From Raillietiella orientalis (Eukaryota): a DNA stretch of 64,000 nt. This document shows, one piece after another, positions 36,501 through 49,255 of this stretch; positions within the stretch are counted from its first letter, which is position 1; the number at the start of each line of letters is the position of its first letter. The notes under the pieces were generated by a model. That model did no database searches, was not told the DNA's origin, and saw only the letters and a program-made list of their open reading frames with translations. The stretch lies in NCBI GenBank assembly GCA_036172245.1, contig JAYWIR010000032.1, forward strand, positions 1,860,001-1,924,000. Reading direction: 5' to 3'. The position numbers and the translations under genes are program-made.

Positions 36501-39500
36501 TTTCTCGTACGTCACCACGACGTTCGAGACCTTCAGACGAAGATTTCAGAGAAGGAAGGTCGTTGATTTCATCTGCAAAACATGAGCGCTTTAGAAACCA
36601 TGGATCCCATCAGGATTTGTGCAGACGCGACCCTGTCTTCAGGAGGAAAAGCACGGCTGAGTAATGAAGGTCATCAGGACCGCCGAAATAGGTCAGGAAA
36701 ATGGCTGTTGCAGCTACAGAGCAAAGAGCAAAGGAGGAGGAAGAAAAAGAGGAGAAGGAGATAGGACGAAGAAGAAGTAGAAGAAGGAAAAGAGGATCTG
36801 ATGATCTGTGACTTCACAAAGAGTGCTGTGAGCACTTCTGAGATGCCCACGACCCGCATCCATGTAGCTGTCAACGCCTACTTGAACACTAATGAGATTG
36901 CCCGGTGGCAGATCTGAAGTAATTAGCCGCGGCTGAGCAAACGCTTCTCCAGGAATCGAAGACTTGATCTTCTCACTTCGACTTTCTTTTTCAAGATAAG
37001 TAAATGTACTTTTAAGATAAGAAGGAGACCGACCGATAAGAGAGCTACTTTTTTCGCTTGTCAAACTGGCAGCATAAATTGCTTGATGCTTGAAGCCAGG
37101 AGAGCCAAATCTCATTGCGCATGGAGCTAGGGAGAGAGTGGATGAGCCACACTTACAATAATGATGATCTTGATGGTCAAGTGTCTGAGGCGGGTAGGGA
37201 TCAGACTGAGTGCTGCCACTGGTTTCGCGCTGGTTTGATAACAGAAAAACTGTTGAAACTCCCGTGCATTCCACATCGCAACTTGAGTCCTTCCGTGACC
37301 CTTTTCCTGGAGGCTATGGCAAGTGTGATGGGCTACCTGGGACGAAGGCTACAATCTTCTTCCATACTGGCTGGTATCATCTCTCCTCCGGGTAGCAGAT
37401 GACAGTTTCCTTCGTGGATACGATCAAAGCTCTTCCAGGTAGCCGATGATCACTGCCATGCTAACGAATGCCATCGCTCTTGCAAGTGGCAGATGATTAG
37501 AGAGAAGGCGCGCAGTTAGCCCTAAGACATGAACCTACCTTCGAGAAGAAACACCATCGGTAAGTTGCAGCATCCATACGGTGTGAGTCTGTCCCTGCTG
37601 CAGGCTGATGTATTCTAAAAAAAAAGTAAGGAAAGATTTCTGCTGCTCACAATTAGACCTCGGTGCTCCAGCAATATGGCAGAGCGGCGGTAGTGCATCC
37701 CGAAAGCACGGATCCATCACCACCGCACTCACTCCAGTCCATACTGGGGGTGTGGCTTGGCTAGCTTACCGCGTCGTTCTCCCTTCAGTGATGGTCTTGG
37801 TGACCCCGCGGGTTTTTTCTTACCCTGCCTTTTCTTCTCTGCTCCACTTCTTCCACCCCCTCAGCTTGATGAGGTGTTGCCCGTACGGAGCTCATATGAG
37901 AAGAGAGAAGAGAGGCCAAGCCGCGACAGGGACAGCATTGCAAGGTACAGGAGTGGTCAGACTATCGGAACGATGACTGACCGAGCTAGAGAGATGTTCC
38001 AGAGACTTTTCTCATTGCCACCCTGCAGCAGGCCCGATGCAAGCGACAGGAATTGTACTGAAGAATCAGCAAAGGTGCGCTTTTTGCAGCCGGGGCTCAG
38101 GGGTTGCAGGGACCACCACCCAGCAGTTTTTACAGGCCTTCACTTCCTCTTGCTGCCGCGCCCTAGTCGCGAGGCATTCTCTCTGTGCTTTTGCCGTCGA
38201 TCAAAGCTTAGCGCGTGCTGGTCGTTTGATGCTTCTGAGCTGTTCAAGAGTCCATTTACTTCGGAAAAGGTGGACCTGTGCACTCCCGCCATCTATTGCG
38301 ACAGGTGCATCTATTTTTGCATAGCCACAGACATCCACCGGTCCCATTCCCATTTTCACTCTCCTTTCTGAGGATTCTGCATCTTCGAATGCAGAATGTG
38401 AGCGACACACCACGACGAGATAGTTGGCAACCGTTGGTCAAGAGAAAAGCTGGTGTTCCCAACCTGTCTTTAATGTCCACCATATCCGCCAAGAGCTTTT
38501 GGTATCGAATGACAATCCGAAATGATAGTTTCCTGATAGAAGTCCATTAAAGGTAAAGATGAGTCACTCCAGCTCCCTGCGCTCCCCAAATTGATCCTGT
38601 GACATAATCCACCAGCGCTCCCTTTTTGGTCTTTTGTGGTACGGAAAACGAGAAGACAAGCACGCACGCACGTGCGCTGCTGCATGTGCGTGCGTGCTGC
38701 CTGCTCCAAGACCAATGCAGAAGACCAGCGCTCTTCTGCGAGGGAAGAACGATGTGCCGAGGCACACAGAACCATCGGCTGTTTTGGCCATCTCCGGCTA
38801 GATAAGAAACAGATTCTGAAGACCCCCACCATCGCCACACTTCCCATAGTTCTCCAAGGAGCACTTCGAAACCCTGGCAGCCTCCGCCGAAATGGAGAGT
38901 GTCGTCACGGAGCCACTACGGAGAGGATCACCCAAGGAATCACAGCACTGCAAGAATAGTCCTCGCGTGCTCTCGGGATACGCCAGACTCTGTGGACCTG
39001 CATTTCAGCAGCATGCGAAAATGATGCATCCCGCTCTTCGGACTCGCCGGTGGACTTCTCGCTTCTCGCCCTCCACAGCCGATTGCCTGGGATGGCGCAA
39101 ACTCTCCCTCCGCCCACCAGGTCAGCGAGCAGCCTCTTCCTCGGTTCGCACCAGGAGAACCCATCCTTGGAAACGCCTCAGCCTTTCTCGTCTCCTCCCG
39201 TTTGCTCTTCCTCGAGGAAACGGAACCTGCCAAGGCTCGAACATGGTGCTCTGCCAGCCGAAAGATAGGGAAGGCAGAGCCGTTCAGGTCTGCCTGCCAT
39301 TTCTGTGCGCACCATCCTCAAGGCTCCGGCTAGGGAAAAGCTGCCGAGGCAGTCGCACAGGGTCGAAGCTGGAACGAAAGTCTTCGAGACCACCGTCGTC
39401 TTCTCACTCGGCAACTCACACTGCCGAAATCGACCCTCCCGACATCCAGTCCGAGGTCGACAGAGTCACCTGCAAGGCAAAGTACGCGCCGCTTGCGGTC

Positions 39501-41499
39501 GTCCGCTGCCAAGACTTTGATGAAACGAAAACTTCGGACTCACAGGTGGTCTTCTCGCTTCTGTTACCTGCGGGGAGTAGCGGAAGCCTCGGTGTGAGAA
39601 GAGCGCGGCTGCCGACATAGGAGGACATTCGTCGTCATCCTCGCTCCAACTGCCTCGGGGCAGCTGTGGACAGACCACGCTGTACCGGGGGACATTCCCT
39701 CCCTGCCATCCCTTGCCGACGCCGGCGTCTGCCGTCGTGGACCGTCACCGTTACGTCGATCCATCCCACTCCCATTGATCTACTGGGCCTTTTTTCACGT
39801 CGGACGGTTGTCATCCAGGAAACCTAGTATTGGAACTGAGCCTCTTGTCCGAACGCACCCCAAGCAACAAGAGTCTGGGTGAGAGGAGCATGGCGTATCT
39901 TGGATGGCAAGAGGCAGGTTTGTGGCCGGGGAGGCGCACAACACGGAGACGGAACCATGGGACAGATCGGGCGAAATTTCTGGAAATCCCTTTCCTCTCG
40001 CAGTTCCCATCCATTCCCGGGTCCTCCGCCTCTTTGCTGATTTATTCTAGATGACCGAGGTGAATCTGCTCACCTCGTGAAGGAAGTGGCGAGATCGAGG
40101 GAAGGTGGCGCTGCAGAAGTCCCTTCACCCTTTCCTCCAGTCTGAACTTCGCGATTTGTCGAAAGCACGGTGCAAATCAACGGCGCATTTCTCGACTGCC
40201 GCCTGCTGTTCTGGGACACCGACGAATCTCTTCCGGTGGCGTCTCCGAGAATTTATTTATTCGCCGCCTGCCCTCAAAGTTATCGGTCTCTGAGACCGTC
40301 GCCTCCCCTTGCCGAAGACGAGCTTCAGGCGGAAGTTTCCGTGGAAATTCTCCTCTTTGATTCAAGGCCGCTCCATGGATGGTGCATTGAGGGACGCCGG
40401 GAGCTAGCGAAGGGAATATTAATGCGGGAGCAGAGGAGCACAGAGGGGAGGATCCTCTGGAAAGTTTCAGCTGCTAAAGGAGGGCAGAGGACGGCGCTGC
40501 CCGGGATCGTAAAGCGGAAAACTAACGGGTTTCCTTTCGCGGTAGCGGCTGCGCAGCATTTAGCTCGAGGATGACGCAACGCGCCCTGCATGCTGATCGA
40601 GGAGTGGCGCCGAGTGCTTCCACAGTGGATCGAGTTCCGCGCAGGCGCTCCTCCCTAGGCGCCGGATCGAACGGGCGGAAGGGACGGGGTCGGCTGGCAG
40701 CGGCTGGCACGCCCCGGTGCGGAGGACAATTCGCCTTCTCCAGGCTGGACGAAATGCGCGGTCCATAGGCCGTCTGGCCGCTTTCCCTTTCCACGGGGAA
40801 AGGAAAAAAGTCAGGTCGTCAGCGACCAACGGTGGAGGCGAAGCAAGAAGCATCCGTTTGGGAGCGAAAATTCGTTGATGCAGCTGGATGAGCATCTCTC
40901 TTTCGTCTGACCAAAGAGATGGATTTTTTTTGCGTTTCTTTCGGGCTTCTCCCGAGGCGGCGTGAATGCCTGCAGATCCACGCCGCCGCTTCGTGTTCCC
41001 CAGTCTTCGGCCGCAGGGATGCGTGCGTGCGAAAGGAACAAAACACCTGCTGAAGATTTGCTCTCTCTCAAAAATGAAAAACCGAAGATTTGAGACCATA
41101 GCCAGCAAGCGGACGGAAGCGGCAGAGGAAAACAAAAACAAAAAATTCCATGGCATCTCGGACAGGTAACTCCGCGCCGCAGGCTCTCCCATTCCTCTTC
41201 CGGTTCATTTCGGAAATTTCGCCTCCCTGTACTCCTTGGCGTGGACTCAACACTGGACGGTCTTTTGGATACCCAAGCGCTCCACCGCCGAGCATGCCCC
41301 CTTCGAGATGGCATTCCCTTTTTCAGTCTCCTGGGGAGCAGCAGTACCAGGTACCTCCTCTTTGAGCGACTCCGGAAGTGGAGCTTGGACACCGGGCGAG
41401 CCGACTGGGTAACTACCCGAGCTGGAACGCCTTCCAGCTCGGGTGGTTGCCCCAGACGATGGATGCCTTCTTCCCGATTCGTGGGCGACTCTTTTCTAG

Positions 41500-42400
41500 G
41501 GGACTGGCTCGAGGCGTGTCGGAACGCGAGTTTCTCTCACGCTGTCAACCCCTGCTTGACACAGTTTTTGAGGGCTCTCCTGAACTTCTTGTGCATGCAA
41601 TGCCTCAGGAAGACGTCCGCCGACAGTAGGCCGAGCTTGTCTCGTGTGACCTTGGACAGGCAGACCCCGCCGGGCCCGCCCTCTCGCGGCGCTCTTGCGA
41701 GCACTGGCCGCCGCGGGGCAAAGACGCGTTCAGACAACAAGTGCCCCGAATCATCCTCAGTACTGGACATAGAATTGGCCACGTCGAGTGCCTGGGTCAT
41801 TGCCGGCGAGATAGAAAGTGACGGATACAGTGCAGTGTACAGTCAAAGACCCTCGCCGGCACGAAGCCGAAGGCAGGACGCGACACGAAGGCGCACTCTT
41901 TCGCGGCGTCGCACGCCACGAAGTGCCGTGTCTTCATGTATCTCTCCATGTTGCTCCTGTGGCTGGTGGCACAGGAGCACAGGCTGCACTGGTAGTCCTT
42001 GAAACCCATAGGTGCGTCGCAGCACCTCTTGAGTGGCGTTTGTGGCAGTACGCGCGGCTGCAGCCGTCCTTGTGGTGCGTCCTCGCATGCAGCCTGCTGG
42101 AAGATTTGTCCACGTGGTGGATAATCCTGCGTCGCTCCATGTTGTTCAGGAACTGCGCGTGTATCGACGCAAGGTGGAGCAGGGGTTTGCTCTTCCTGGC
42201 GGATGCGCTGGAGCATCTTTCTCACCGACGCGAGTTGTCCTCGTCTTTTACCAGCTTCCGCTTGGCTGCGACAACGGAGACTCTGACAAATGTCAGAGTT
42301 CCCCAGACAACGACGGCGTCCATTCGATGGAGTTCCTGCTAGGAACCCCGGCGAACGACTCGACGCGGTCGTCTGGCTTCTGTCGTCTGAATACATTTCC
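41500..42400 (-). pseudogene. Decayed C2H2 zinc-finger coding sequence
   Basis: GFKDYQCSLCSCATSHRSNMERYMKTRH (41923-41994; first His appears as Tyr) is preceded in another frame by KSSSRLHARTHHKDGCSRAYCHKRH...THL; frameshifts and stops. Confidence 0.6.
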
Positions 42401-43886
42401 TTCAATTGAGATGGGATCAAGGACTGGATTTTGTTGGTGCCGCCTACGCTGGTCACTTCCAAATACCTTCCTAACCACCCGGTGTTTGCCGACGCACTCT
42501 GTCCAGCTTCTTACATCCCTTTCACAGAAATCTTCCTGCTGCATTCCACAATACCCTTGTAACCGTTTTGCTGGGTGCTTCATCCATGGGAATTTGGAAA
42601 CGCAGCGGCCCTGGTGTCCTTCTTGAAAGCTGTGGGTCCATGGATCAGACGTGGAGCCTTATTGCCTTACCCTTTCCACAGTGCCACTGCTGGACAGATG
42701 TTCATCACTTTTGCCTTACTCCTTGATCTTGGTTCTTCCGTGTGAGCTATAAAGTTATTGGTTCTAAACCAGGGAAGCCGCCATAGCTACCACTTTTGAA
42801 ATGGGATATCTGTTGGTACCCCTGTTGGGCATTGTCCTTCCTGATGCATGAATGGGGATAAATCTTCGGGTATATTGACCCAATTTTAAGTACTCCGGAA
42901 CGAATTTCTTTACCGCCGCAACCTATCGTCTTCATACTAAGGCCGCTAGATTATCTAAAGAGCATCCTCCTTACCATTCTGACTTGGCAAAGGTTGTTGC
43001 TGAAAATTCCTTCCGCACGAGACCGATTTGGATTCTCAGAAAAAAGGACTAATTTATTCCACTTGATGTTCTCGAGGTTCTTGTCTGAAGTGTGGTCTCC
43101 AAGTTTACTCGATCCTCAGGAGTTTCTTAGACCTAACATGTCGATCCTATAATAATTGTAGCAGACGTTCTGAACGCCTTTCAGAAGCTCCTGTTCTCTG
43201 AGAGCTTGGAAACACGAATCCTCAGTGACACAGAGGATCATGTTCGGGACACTTGCCAATTCGAATTATTCCCGGAAAACGTTCAGGCGTTGAATCATCG
43301 TACCGACACTTATCGCGCACTTTTGCATCCTTCCCATTTCGAATGCTTTCTTGAGTCCACTGCAACATTCCAATTCATGGAATCCTTCGAATAATTCCGT
43401 CCTCAACCATCGATTCAGCATAAATCTTTAGTGCGAAAGTTCAGCCATCCTTAATAAGTGCTGCAAAATGCTTCAGATTTCCAACGAGTGCTCGAAGAGT
43501 GCCTTGCACCTTCCACGGTCCGATATGGTTTTCGGAAGTAACGATACCACTGAGTCAGGGTTCCCAAATTTCAAGTCCCCCTTCCACATTTTAAAGAGTG
43601 GTAGATCGCAAGTCATGTTCGAGAAATTCAGAAACTTCATAGCAGATAGAGTTCATGCCTCTGTCTGTCATCCTCCCACGTCGGTTGGCAGCCCTGGCGT
43701 TATTCTCCGTTAATCTCCCGCTTTCTTTTCTTATTCTTTTTTTTTCTTTATCCTGCATGGGGGCCAAGGAAAAAAGAAAGCACAGCATCATGCAGCCGTC
43801 TGGAATTTCCTCCGGCCGGTACACACACTGCGACATGTCCGAGAACAGGGACACTCTGACAAATGTCTCTGCACTTCACCTAGGTT

Positions 43887-45239
43887 GCCAGCACGCCGCC
43901 ATCTTGCCAGTGCGGAGGAGTCTTTCTCGAAACGAGCAGCGTCTCCAAGCAACTCCAAGGAGGGCGCCCGTTGCGGAATGGGGAAAAAATTCTTCCCCGT
44001 CTGCTTCCGGAATGTTCCAAGGACTGCTTCGAAGACGGGTGCACATGGAGGCGACACTTCGACCGCCAGTGGCGCCTCGGTTCCTGCCCACAAGAATGCT
44101 TCCTCCACGGTCACCTGCCACCACCTGAGGGTCATTGGACAGTCGCCCTCACGAGAATCCCTCGAAGAATTGGCCCAAACTTCAACGCGAGATGCAAGCT
44201 GGAGGGCATCTGTGGAACAGAACAGGCTGTAGCCACGGGCAGCATCCCACTTCCTCCCATTCCGTCTCTCCCTGACCCGGGCTTCAAGGCAGCCTCTAAG
44301 GCTTGGAAGTCTCCACGTCGAAACGCAGGACTCGGTGCGGCGCAATTGAAGGCGATGAAAAACTGCTGCTGGAGGTCAGCTGATCGAAATGGAAATCCTT
44401 TAGGATTTCCCTGTTTGTCTGTCCACTTTTTTTTTTCCGGACTTTCTGCCTTTTGGGCCTCTGAGTCCTCAAGAACCGTCTTAGGGGAGCTGACGGAGCT
44501 CCTCGAAACCGTTCGCGCCATTCGAGCGTCGCCAACCTAGGGAGAAGACCCCGGGAGAAGACCACCATTTGAAACCGGGAAGGCACCGAAGGGTGGAGTC
44601 CGCTTCTCTTACGATTGGAAGGGAACTTCTTCCTCATCCTCTCCGGAGGGAACTCGGAAAGGGTCGACTCCTGGAATTTCTTCTCCGGTTGAAATTCCGA
44701 AGCAAGGGAACAGGTCCCTGTTTCCTATTCTTCGCAGGACCCCAAAGGGAGGCTTCCGGATTTCTCTAAGGGGCGATCGACGAAGGGAACAGCGCGCTTC
44801 TTGACACTCAAGAGAGGCAACCCCCCAGAGGAGGGGTATCGACCAGTCCCATGAAACGCGATGGAGTGCCCTCTCCCGAGCAGGTGCGGACGGCTCTGTT
44901 TCCACAACCGGAGGAGAACCCCGAAGAGGCTCCTCGATTCCTGGTTCCAGAACCCTGGAAGAAAGAAGAAACACGGTCAACGGGAGTAGCTGTGGGTTTG
45001 CGACCGCCACTAGTGCAGCACCCGAAGCTTCTAAGGTCAACCAGCGCCATCTTGCAGGGGTAACTCGAAACCGGCGACGCATCTCTCACTCTCGTCGTCG
45101 CTCCTCCACGTAGGGATTCGAACCCGCGACTCCAGGTGCCACGCGCGGCGACCGGTTCGGGCCTTCATTCTCGTGGAAACAGCACGGGTGTCTCCAGGAA
45201 CGTCGCGACCTCAGGCAGACTTGCATCCTTGCTTCCTCT
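43887..45239. repeat. Inverted duplication arm 2a (1353 bp; partner 49256-50608)
   Basis: Reverse-complement match with a constant coordinate sum of 94495; about five substitutions seen and no indels. Confidence 0.95.
44390..45185 (-). mobile_element. tRNA-derived SINE-like element, copy D' (within arm 2a)
   Basis: Mirror image of 49310-50105. Confidence 0.7.
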
Positions 45240-46350
45240 GAGATCGATCCTTCCTTCCTCCATGAGGAGATCCACGTGCAAGACGAGAGAGCTTTGGAAG
45301 CATCAGGCATCCAACGATTGGATCCTGGCAACCAAAGTCAGCATCCCCGAAGTGATGAAGGACAGCTGTCCGGAAGAGGGAGACGTCCTCACCAGGTCTG
45401 CCAATGGATAATGGACCAGGATGATGAACCTGCAAGCGGTTGCAACCACAGTCTTCAGGTGCGACCCACCATCAGGCACTCTAGACGACCTCTCCCTGTT
45501 TTACTACGGAGGCATCCTGAGGGGGGGAAGAGCAGCACACTGAACTGGCAACATCCAAGACGAGCTCTGCCAAGACTTGTGGTAGCGGGGAAACCCAATT
45601 CCACGTCCTCACCTGCCCGGGACTGGAACACGCTGAAGGCGGTGAGCGGCCTGCAGAAGACCACAAAACTGAACATCTTTGCGGGAATGTTCGACGGGAA
45701 TGCAAATGTCCCACACTACAATCCCGTGGTTCGGACCATCATTGCCTCTTCATTATGCGCGTCGTGATAAGAATGGCAAAGAGGAGGAACATGGGAGCCA
45801 CAGATCCCGCCACCAACATCTGAGAAGGACTGATAAAGCGAGAAATAGGGATCAGGTACTGCGGCAGAATTCCCGCCTGGACGTACCGCTAAATCTTGCA
45901 GAAGATCGCGAACGAGCAAGTTTACTGCCCTCCAGCCTCCACTGACCCTTAACCGAGGAAACCACCCCGATGGTGACATTGGAAACACTACTTGTGCAAA
46001 ACAGCAAACTGTGGGAATCCACAGAGGGGGCGTGGGAGAACGAATGTGATTTGTTGATGTTGTTGCCATCGTGACATTTGTTATTGATCAATACATTCCC
46101 CCCACCACTTGCTGGAAAACTGGCTTCTTGATTCCTGGAAGGATTCCCGAAGGGTCAACACCCAATCCCGGCCAGTTAATGGGGCATCCAGGGTTTCCGG
46201 CTTTCACCAGTGCCACACACACACGTACCCTCACCAGTGTTGCCCTTTTCTTGACCTGTCGGCGGCGACAAGGGACAAAGCAAGGTGTTCCGGCACACCA
46301 TCACATTAGCATCACTTTGTTCGAGCATAACATTCTGGGCACAGATCACT
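45240..46350 (+). mobile_element. Decayed L1/Tx1-like ORF2 C-terminal region
   Basis: PHHLLENW remnant of the zinc-binding region near 46100; 46260-46350 loosely resembles 53980-54070; the matching 3'UTR lies at 46617-46815. Confidence 0.4.
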
Positions 46351-46552
46351 GATTATTTCCTCGAAGATGTACATTTATTCACCCGTTTGTTGGCCCGACA
46401 CGGTGCTCTTGAACTGCTTCGTACTGCAGCTGGAGTCTGAGCAATCACGATGGTCAGTAGCATCACAAGTAATTTGGAGAGGTCCTGGAACTGCCAGCTC
46501 AGTTTGCTTCTGGAATGTCTCTCCTTTTTTCAGTGTACCATCATCGTGCTTT

Positions 46553-46616
46553 GGGCCTGATTAGTACTTGGATGGGAGACCGCCTGGTAACCCAGGTGCT
46601 GTAGACACTTTTTTTT
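46553..46616 (+). pseudogene. 3' half of an animal-type 5S rRNA gene with oligo-T terminator
   Basis: GGGCCTGATTAGTACTTGGATGGGAGACCGCCTGGTAACCCAGGTGCTGTAGACA + C + T8 closely matches the metazoan 5S 3' half (C box region); the 5' half is not recognisable. Confidence 0.9.
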
Positions 46617-46815
46617 GACTGTTTTCTTCTGCTTTGTTTTTGTTTTTGTTTTTTTTTGTCTCCCCTTACCCTGTGCTGCCGAGGCGAACTCTGCTGGCTT
46701 GCGTGCCAGATCCCGGAGGGTTTCTGTTCGTATCCATAAGTAACGTGGCAGGATCAAATGTTTGCTAAAGACATGAGGTTTATTTTATAAATCAACGCAT
46801 CAGCGTGTCCAGATG
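46617..46815 (+). mobile_element. LINE 3'UTR
   Basis: Homologous to 54178-54379 (ACTG.TTT...TGCTTTGTTT...TGCTGCCG.GG.G.AC...CTGG..TGC...GTTTATTTTAT). Confidence 0.6.
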
Positions 46816-47194
46816 TCAACCAGTGCCGCACCAGAAGAGGTCATCCAGCGTCATCTTGCATGGAGAACTCGAAACCCACGACGCACCACCCATATTTCGA
46901 AGTCCATGGCCTCGCCTGCCACATCCATTTGGGTCAAGTTTACACAAGACAGAATCGATGGAAATGACCCATGGAAGAGCTCCTCAGGAGAAAAGGCACT
47001 GCCAAGGTTTGAAATCAGCTATTCGAGTTCCGCCGTCGACTTTCAGGTCAGAGAGGTCAGCGCGGTGTATCATTGCCTCGAGCGTCCGGGTAGCTCCAGC
47101 TTCGAACCTGCACCAAAGCCCAATGAGACTGCTCCTACGACGTGGGGGACCTCACTCGTAGATTAACGCCACTCACGCTTAGCTACGCAAAGGC

Positions 47195-47285
47195 CATCAC
47201 CCATTCCCCGGGCGGGATTCAAACCCGCAACGCATGGTGCCACGCCGTAAGACCGCAGCCACCCGACCGCCAACGAGGACCACAA
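47195..47285 (-). mobile_element. tRNA-derived SINE-like head, copy E
   Basis: Minus strand CTCGTTGGCGGTCGGGTGGCTGCGGTCTT...GCGTTGCGGGTTTGAATCCCGCCCGGGGAA closely parallels 29241-29316. Confidence 0.7.
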
Positions 47286-47519
47286 CGCTGTGAGTTTTTT
47301 TCTTCTTCCCCTTCGATCAACGCTCTGGATTGACCGGGTGGCAACGCTGGAGGCGCGCAAAGTTCCGTCGGGAACTCACGGATCTCCGACTGCAGCCAGT
47401 GGCGAGGAACGCTTGCGCCAGAGTGCCTCCTCCCTTCCACCCTCTGAAATGGCACGACTCCAGTCTCACCCTCTCTGGACTCTGATTTGGTATTTTCTCT
47501 TACGGCTTCCGCAGCACCG

Positions 47520-48200
47520 ATGCCATCCGGCGTAAAGGGAGAAAACTACCAGGCAGGGTGGCGGCGGTCGCGGTCGGGAGGGCTGACAGACGGGAAGATG
47601 CCTCAGGAAGGTGCCAGGAGCGCCGTATGGCGCGGACAACCTTCCTGCACCCGTTTGGTCCCGTCCATCCGGAGGCGCTGCGGTCCGTGGACCACGAGAG
47701 CGCGCGGATGCTCGTGGTTGGAATGCACGTGGCACTTCTTCCCGTCCCTGAGGTGGCGGGGCGCCGCGGATGCCAAGCCCTGCCCTCCGTTCCGGGAACG
47801 CAGTGAGAAGAGCTGTCAGTTCCTTCCGGGCGTGGGGCGGCGCCACCAGGAACTCCCAAAACCTCGCCAAAGAATTCCCGTGCTCCGTCCCCGAGGGCTC
47901 CGCTCTCGCCCGAAGTCGAGGTCGCGGTTCTCCTCCCACTACCTCGTGTCGCCACCGCCCGACTTTGTGCCCTGCTCGCGGCATCCGTCTGCACCACTGT
48001 GGATGTAACAGCGGATCGAGGAGCGGACGAGCTCACAAATCGAGACCGAAATGCCCCTTCCCTTCGCCGCTGCCACGACGACCGGATTCTCAGCGTGGGT
48101 TATCTCCGCACGCGTACTCTGCGAGTATCGGACGCAAGAAGACGAGCAGTCGCACCGGCGCCAAGTCCTCCCTGACTTCCTCTCATCCCTGACGTTCAAC
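47520..48200 (-). mobile_element. Decayed LINE RT/post-RT fragment
   Basis: ITHAENPVVVAA (YADD-like position) followed downstream by AFPERRAGLGI (GGLGI-like). Confidence 0.35.
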
Positions 48201-48789
48201 TTTTTTTTTGGACCGCTTACTGGTTGCTCATCCTCACAGCATCCCTCCCCTGCTGTACCGCCTGCTTCCTTCTTATCCTTTCGCGAAACGGCTTGCTTTG
48301 ATGGTTCTTCCCATCTCCGAATGAGTAGAAATCGACGATGTTCCTATCGAAACTATCCTCCCCTATCCCTCTTGTGCGATCACTACCAACAAAAAAAAGC
48401 TCTCTCTAACGCTGGGAAGCACCAACTGCCTCTAGAGCAAAGGCGCTACTATTGCGCTTCCCGGAGAGCGTCCAGGGTGGTGAGCAAACCTGGAGCAGGA
48501 AGTCACTTCTCTCTGACTGCTCCCTCTTTAAGAGATTTTCCTTTTTATCATTTTGCCAGAGGTGCGTCCGTCCCGTCCTACACTCTTCTCAAATGGAAAA
48601 CGGCGGGTCAGGACCCCTCAGCTCGGCACACCTAGAAGGAGACTGCAGAGCCTTCTCAGAGGGCGCCCCTGGCAAAAGCCACCAGAAGGAAATCGTCATG
48701 TGCCCCTGAGGACAAGGGAAGAACACGGACAAAGATAGCCAACGGAGGGACGGGAAGAGGACACGTGTGATCCGATGCAGTGCCGGAGT

Positions 48790-49100
48790 CTCTCGCCGCC
48801 TGGTTTGGCCGGAATCACCTCACCTCCCTCAGGAACACGGAGGTGTCCACGAAGACGACGGTACCTCCTCCTTCATCGCGAGATCAGCCGCCTCGGTGCG
48901 GTGCGCCTCGAGTCCTCGTCGTCGGAGGGGTCGCGTCGGCCAGTTGGTCCATCCGTCGTTCTCTCCTACCGTCGATGGTGCAGCGCAACCCCCTCCCTCC
49001 GTCCCTGCTAGCCGTCGTTCCTTTCCCTCGGAACGACGGTGCAGAGGCTAGGGTAGCGGCGGGTCCCGTCCTCTCCTCTAGAGGGACTCGTCCGCGTTAG
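48790..49100 (-). mobile_element. Decayed APE endonuclease-like fragment
   Basis: GGVAL-like motif near 48985-49005; GTVVFVDTSVFL is homologous at DNA level to GTTVFVVVSAYL at 50650-50690 (-). Confidence 0.35.
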
Positions 49101-49255
49101 AAGAGGTCTGCATCGAGTTTGTCTGTGTTGCCTGTGTTGTCGTCCTCGCCGTTTCCTCCGATCATCGAGCGTCGCCTCCACCCGCCGTGGGTGGAAATTC
49201 TGAGGGCGGCAGGAGGCCCACTCGTGTGTCTCCCGAGAAGATGCGCTAAAGGCTT

